Part shown: positions 58,326 through 64,000 of the stretch, piece by piece | Layout of the letters: every line of letters begins with the position of its first letter | Numbering within the stretch: the stretch's first letter is position 1 | Assembly: GCA_050575255.1 (NCBI GenBank) | Contig: JBNZDD010013634.1 | Location: forward strand, 2,238,238-2,302,237 | Direction of reading: 5' to 3' | Length of the DNA stretch: 64,000 nt | Origin: Harriotta raleighana | Taxonomy: Eukaryota | Made by a program: the position numbers and the translations under genes | Notes under the pieces: generated by a model | Database searches by the model: none | Seen by the model: the letters and a program-made list of their open reading frames with translations, nothing else | What the model was told of the DNA's origin: nothing

Positions 58326-61300
58326 ATGAGTTTTCGGCAGTTGTGTCCCACCCCCCGCCCGGGCCTGGGTATGAGCCGGAGCCGGGGCCAGTCACCGGTC
58401 AAACAGAAACTGTGCTTCACGGGCAGCGACGAGGAGGACGGTAACATTACAGAGGACTCGGCTTTCCAGGAGTCGCCTGACGCCGAGCGCAAGTATGGCC
58501 AACCCCCGGGACTCGGCGGGTTAGTGGTGGAGGAGGAGGAGGAGGAAGAAGAGGAGGCGATGGGTAACTTCAGCTGGGAGGAAGGCTTCGTGGGCAGCCC
58601 GTCTCCTGTGAAGCCCCGTCGGGACTATCGTGATTGCCGCGACCTGGACGAGTCCAGCTCCCCGATACGGGGGCATAGGGAACGCGAGGGATCGAGTTCC
58701 CCGACTCGGGAGAGCGGGGACCGCGAGGAGTTGAGCTCCCCGATCCGGGATCGGTACAAGGCGAACGGCAACGGGGAAGGCTCCAGCTCCCCGATCCCCG
58801 ACCGTCCGGATACACCGCCGCACAAAACCCTGAGGAAACTGCGGCTTTTCGATACCCCACACACTCCCAAGGTAAGAGGACTGTGATAAACCTCTTGTTG
58901 CATGCATGGGACGTCCTCCCGACGTGCACGGCGCTCTACAAATGTAATGTTGTTATAAACGAAAGCGGCCGATACTAAAATTAGGAAATAAAGACAAACA
59001 GAATTATACTTGTTTGCCCGAGATCAGCCTTCCATTCCCAAACAACGTTTCTTTTTGATTCTGAAAGGTTTGTCTTCGGTACAAACACCGTGTGTATGAC
59101 TCAAGGGTTCAGGAATGATTAGGGGCTTTAATTCGCATCTGTACTGAAGTTCCATGTGTGTGTTACTTGAGAGATGTTTTGCAGATTATGTATCATTGAA
59201 GAGGCATGGATGTTATGGTGTTTGTGCTGTGCTACTGAGCGGGGATTGGATGTTTTTCCCTTACGATGCTTCGCTGAGAATGTGGAGCAAACGTTTTATT
59301 AGAGCTTCTGTTTTTACAGAGCTTTGACTTATCTGTCAAAAGTGCTTTGTAATAACTGTCGAGTGTAGTGACTGTTTTTGTATGGGATGTGTTTGCTGTT
59401 TTGCACACAACTTCATATAGGATGCTATCTGGGTTCCACAAGCAACCATGAGAATGAGCGATTTATCTGGAGGATTTTGTCTAGGTCATTCGGGAGAGGT
59501 CCTTGGGAGAGACTAATGCCATGGGCCTGTCAATGTCCAGCTGATGGACTGAGTTTGACCTGTCCCTAACAATAGTACACCCCAATATTTCTTTCTGCCT
59601 CTAATAGGACATGGGGGTTTGAACCCATGATCTTCTGACCTCCAAGATGCATGCTACCAACAAATCCAAACTGGCATAGACCATCCTTTCAAGTCGCAAG
59701 TTCTTCTAGTTGTCAAAGAGAAGAACTTTTAATCATCTGTGGACGTAGAAAAAGAAAATTCGTCATTTTGATTTAAACCGCTGAACTTTAATACCAAGTA
59801 TAATTTATACCCGGGTATATCAAGGATAACGTGGTATTGCTATGTTGTCTTACTTGTATTGAAAGTTTAAGTCCAAGCCTGGGAATCACTGAGCTTTCAG
59901 TTTACTGTGCTAGAATTCAGCAGACCATTTCTTACATAATGGACTTTTGTCCCAGTTTGGAGTGAGAGGATGGTTTCCTTGGGCAATTGTGTATTTGTTG
60001 ACTAGTTTACGATCTTGCCTCCTACTTTGCTGGGAGGAGCCATAGTTTCAGGCTGGTTGAAACAGTATATGACCAAAAGATTAGCATTTGACTAATTTTC
60101 CCATTGAGGATTTTGAATTTCCAAAAATCCACATGAATTTGTTTCACAGAAGTAGCACACTAGAAAGATGTCAATTTAGTCTCTTATTTCACCCACAAAA
60201 TATAGTCAATTCACTTTACAGAATATTCTGTGGAGCACTTTGGGATGTCTTGAAGATGCGATAAGGCACCATATCAAATGCAGAGTATATTATATGTCAT
60301 GCTTTCAGTCACTGCCCTGAAACTGCAACTCCTTCCCTCAATCCCTTTGCCTCACCCCCTCCTTTTCCATCTTCAGGTCGCACCAGAAGACCTTTCTGTT
60401 CCACCACGCCTGTGGTCACTTTCCCCCTGGCTCCGCTCTTGTGAAGCGCTTAGACGCTGTCTGGCGTGGAGGGTGCTATATAAATGCTGTTCATAAGTTG
60501 TTCTTGTATATATAACTAAACAGCAACTTAACTTTAGATCTGGTAACGGTTTTGTGCTTGATTCCACACAGGGTTATAGTTGCTCACAGACTATAGAACT
60601 GCTGTGTTGATTTCATATTCTAAGGGAATGTTTCTCCTGGCTGCAGAATAATTTAACAAACTGATCACCTGACTCAGTTTCGAGTGAGATCATATACAAC
60701 AATGGTATGCTTTGGGGGAGGAGTAACTAGCTGAAACTGGAATGACGGGTTTCAAGCCGTGTTGACCCACAGCGGGCGTTATCCGTATGTTTTCACATTG
60801 CACAAAGAGGGTGGGAAGACGTGTTATGCAATTGTATCGTGTTGCCCTTGAAAACGGTTTATCTTCGTGAAATGATGGTGTTCGTAAGGCTTAAATTGAT
60901 CTCCGCATTTGCCCCCCGATTGCGTTCTAAATGTAAATGCCTTTCTGGGATGCAGCCCATGTGCGGAGCCTCTGCTTTGTGCTTCCGCTATAGTGGTCTC
61001 TGTTCCACGTGTACAAACATGTGATCCCGCTTCTTTCCACACGGACCCAGATAAAGTTCGCTCGTTTTATTCGTATAATTCTAGCTATAGCTATTCTAGC
61101 TATAGAATTATCACCCGATTATGTAAAGCAGAGTATGATTGTGATGTGAATTCTTTTGGGGTCTATTTTCAAAATAAAATTTAGATTTTTCAAAACCTGA
61201 ATTTTAAAGTTAACACCTCTAAATGTCCTTATAAGGAGTTGGAAGGTTATTTCTCGGGATTTTGGGGGAGGAGAGAACTTTTTAAAAAAAAATCAGCCTT

Positions 61301-63878
61301 CGTTTGCTGACTCGTTGACTTTCCTTCCAGACTCCTGTTGAACATTTATTGTGAGTAATGTTTGCATAGGACATGCGGTCACCTCCAGTTTGAGTCATAG
61401 ATGTTTAAATAGTGTTGATGTACAAGTTATTAGAAGTTATGACTTTAATTTCTGAAATCATTAGAACTCCAGTACCATGTACTTTAAAACCAGAATACTT
61501 CAGTTTCAAGTAGTTTGTTGCAATAACAACAACAAAATTACTTTTGTATGGTGTCTTTCATATCGGGTGGAAGCCCCAAAGCATTTCACGGAATACACTA
61601 TAAAATACATTCACTCTTGTGGTTGAAACTGAATATGCCAACTTACATATTTATGTCTGTAGTAGATCAAATAAAAATTGAGATTTCTGTTTATTAAAAA
61701 AAACGTTTTTCACAGAGTTTGTTATCCAAGGCAAGAGTTCCCAGTTGTCTGAGCTCCAGCTCAGTAAGACGTCGAGGAGGATCTCTCTTCAGGAATGGTG
61801 AACAAACGGAGAGATTACCGTGTGATTATAGCCGGAGTAGGACCCCACATGTCAACGTTAATCCCTTTACCCCAGACTCTATCTACATCCATTCATCATC
61901 TGTACAGTGTCAGAGGAGGAAAAGGACACATTGGGATGGGTATGGTTTCAGCTGGTTTCCTCCTGATAGTCCATTAAGTTAGAAATGAATAAATTTGTCA
62001 AGCTTGATGTTTGAAAAATATGATTTGTAGTTAAATGGGACTATTGATTTCGTGTACATCGTTACAATTGTATGTTCAAGAGCATTCAAGTATTACTCCA
62101 TTCTGGGGAGGTTCTTTGTGTTTTGTAAGAAGTAATGGAATACAGGGTTAAGTTTGTTGAAAATCTTCAGTTAATTATTATTTATGAATGAAGCTTCAAG
62201 TTAAACTAAACGCTGCATATATCTGTTTCATAACTCCCAAGATACTTTATTCGTCATTGCCAGCTGTGGGTAGCCATATATCAAAATGAAATGAACACTA
62301 CTGGAAAAATGATTTTGTCTTGAGGGTTCTTCAAACTTTTAGCCCTGTCAAATATCAGGTTGTTTTGGAAAGTGCAAAGTACTTTCATATTTATTTATAT
62401 TGCGTGAATTATACCTGATAGGTTTCCATGCAGAGAGATGATGGACGGAAGTGATGGAGAGCTAGATGATGAAAGTATTCGACCAGCAAAGGTAACTTAA
62501 TTTTCAGTTTTAGCATCCTATTAATTATATGTGTTAAAGGATGATCTTCGTTTTGTCTCATTTGTGTTTTGCCCCACCTTACATCCGTGACCTATTCCCT
62601 TACCAACCTGCCCGCCCCCTCCGCTCTGGCCTGCTCCACATCCCCCAACCCACCCACCCAACCATTGGCGGGCGAGCTTTCAGCCACTCTGCCCCCAATC
62701 TCTGGAACTCCATCCCGAAGTCCCTCCGCCTCGCCCCCTCCTTAGCTCCTTCAAGTCTCCCCTCAAGACTCTTCTTTGATGGATCCATCGGCAACTCCTT
62801 CCCCCACCTCCCCTCCCTGTCCTCAGCTCGGGCCTGAATCAATAACTGTCCAGCGCCTTTCACATCATGTCCTGATGTGAAAGGTGCTATATAAATGTAA
62901 TTTTCTTGTTGTTGTTTGTGCTCATTCAGTACTATTATTTTGTATGTAGAGAATCCCAATTACTGAAAGTAATATGAAGTCCCGGTACACCACAGAGTTT
63001 CACGAATTGGAGAAGATTGGTTCTGGAGAGTTTGGTTCTGTTTTTAAGTGTGTGAAAAGACTGGACGGCTGCATTTATGCGATAAAGCGCTCAAAGAAAC
63101 CATTGGCAGGTTCAGTTGATGAGTAAGTACTTTTCATTATTTTTATGATGAAATGTATTGTTTTAAGTGCCCTAATTTGTGTTGCAAAATTTGCAAATGT
63201 AACTATATTCCCAGGGACAGCTAACTGGTCTGTAAAGGCAGTTTATTGATTTAATTTCATAAGATTTATTTCTTGAGAATCTAATGAATAGCAATAAAGC
63301 ATACAGATCCCAGAATGCTGCAGGTTTAAATCTTGGCCTCTGTTGAATTAACAGATCTCTCCTGGTATAGCAATTATCTTAATTCGCCCCCCCCCTCCCC
63401 CTGCACACAGACATGTCAAATGGGGGTGGGGGGAAGAAAGAATCTTCTCTGTGATGTTCTTCAATAATTAACTGCTCTTTCCCCATACCCCTGTAGCTGC
63501 CCTTTTCTAAGATTTTAATCTAATTCCTTTTTGAAGGCCAACTGCTATGCCTTGAAGGACATTTTTAACCACTGTGTGAAACAAATTCTCCAAACATTCC
63601 CATTTGCTTGTTTACCAACTATCTTAAATTGATGCCCACTGGGCTGTGAAAATACCTTATCCAGTGATTCCTGTATCCAGTGATACACACTTTTTTGTAA
63701 ATATTCATGTAGAATATTTGCTTAACCCTAATGTGCTTAATGATTTTTATTATTAGACAGAATGCTCTAAGGGAAGTGTATGCACATGCAGTACTAGGGC
63801 AGCACACGCATGTGGTTCGGTACTATTCAGCCTGGGCAGAAGATGACCATATGCTCATCCAAAATGAATATTGTAATG
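58326..63878 (+). CDS. WEE1: Wee1-like protein kinase, coding exons 1-5 (continues beyond the window)
   Basis: join(58326-58871,61716-61939,62422-62491,62950-63122,63757-63878). [33 protein letters not shown], kinase [11 protein letters not shown]...[29 protein letters not shown]. Exon 3 has an alternative in-frame acceptor at 62434. Confidence 0.97.
62572..62917 (+). mobile_element. L2 LINE 3' fragment in WEE1 intron 3
   Basis: ORF with PPY...RPLRS...[17 protein letters not shown], the typical L2 ORF2 C-terminus, plus (ttg)n tail. Confidence 0.9.
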
Positions 63879-64000
63879 GTAAGTCTCTCCTTTTGAAAAT
63901 ATCGTGCAATTTACTTAATAAATAAAATATTATTTGGAACTTGCTGTGATATTACTGTGAAACCAAAATATTGATTGCTCATTAACACATTTGCAGTGAG

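Noticed and set aside
63991-64000. Possible acceptor for the next WEE1 exon (ttgcag|tgag)
   Set aside because: Too little sequence to confirm, and it does not obviously continue the expected kinase sequence

Overview
Vertebrate genomic DNA, AT-rich and intron-rich. The SINE/CR1/L2 repeat content and compact introns suggest a cartilaginous fish, possibly a holocephalan (inference). The window holds the conserved gnathostome block TMEM41B(-) / IPO7(+) / ZNF143(+) / WEE1(+): probable TMEM41B coding exon 1, complete IPO7 (25 coding exons, 1037 aa), complete ZNF143/Staf (15 coding exons, 643 aa) and WEE1 coding exons 1-5. All exons were traced by hand through GT-AG junctions and frame continuity. 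IPO7 introns 11 and 16 each carry an intact-looking SNORA23-type H/ACA snoRNA. The most notable pattern is a set of ZNF143 binding sites (SBS): two in the IPO7 promoter, a cluster at ZNF143's own exon 1/intron 1 beside an out-of-frame upstream ATG, and a near-perfect one carried by a Tigger-like element inside ZNF143 introns. WEE1 exon 1 has a 39-nt tandem expansion of S-P-x-R sites. No wholly new system could be established; the findings are testable regulatory and RNA hypotheses. Comparisons with human sequences are from memory, not from a search.
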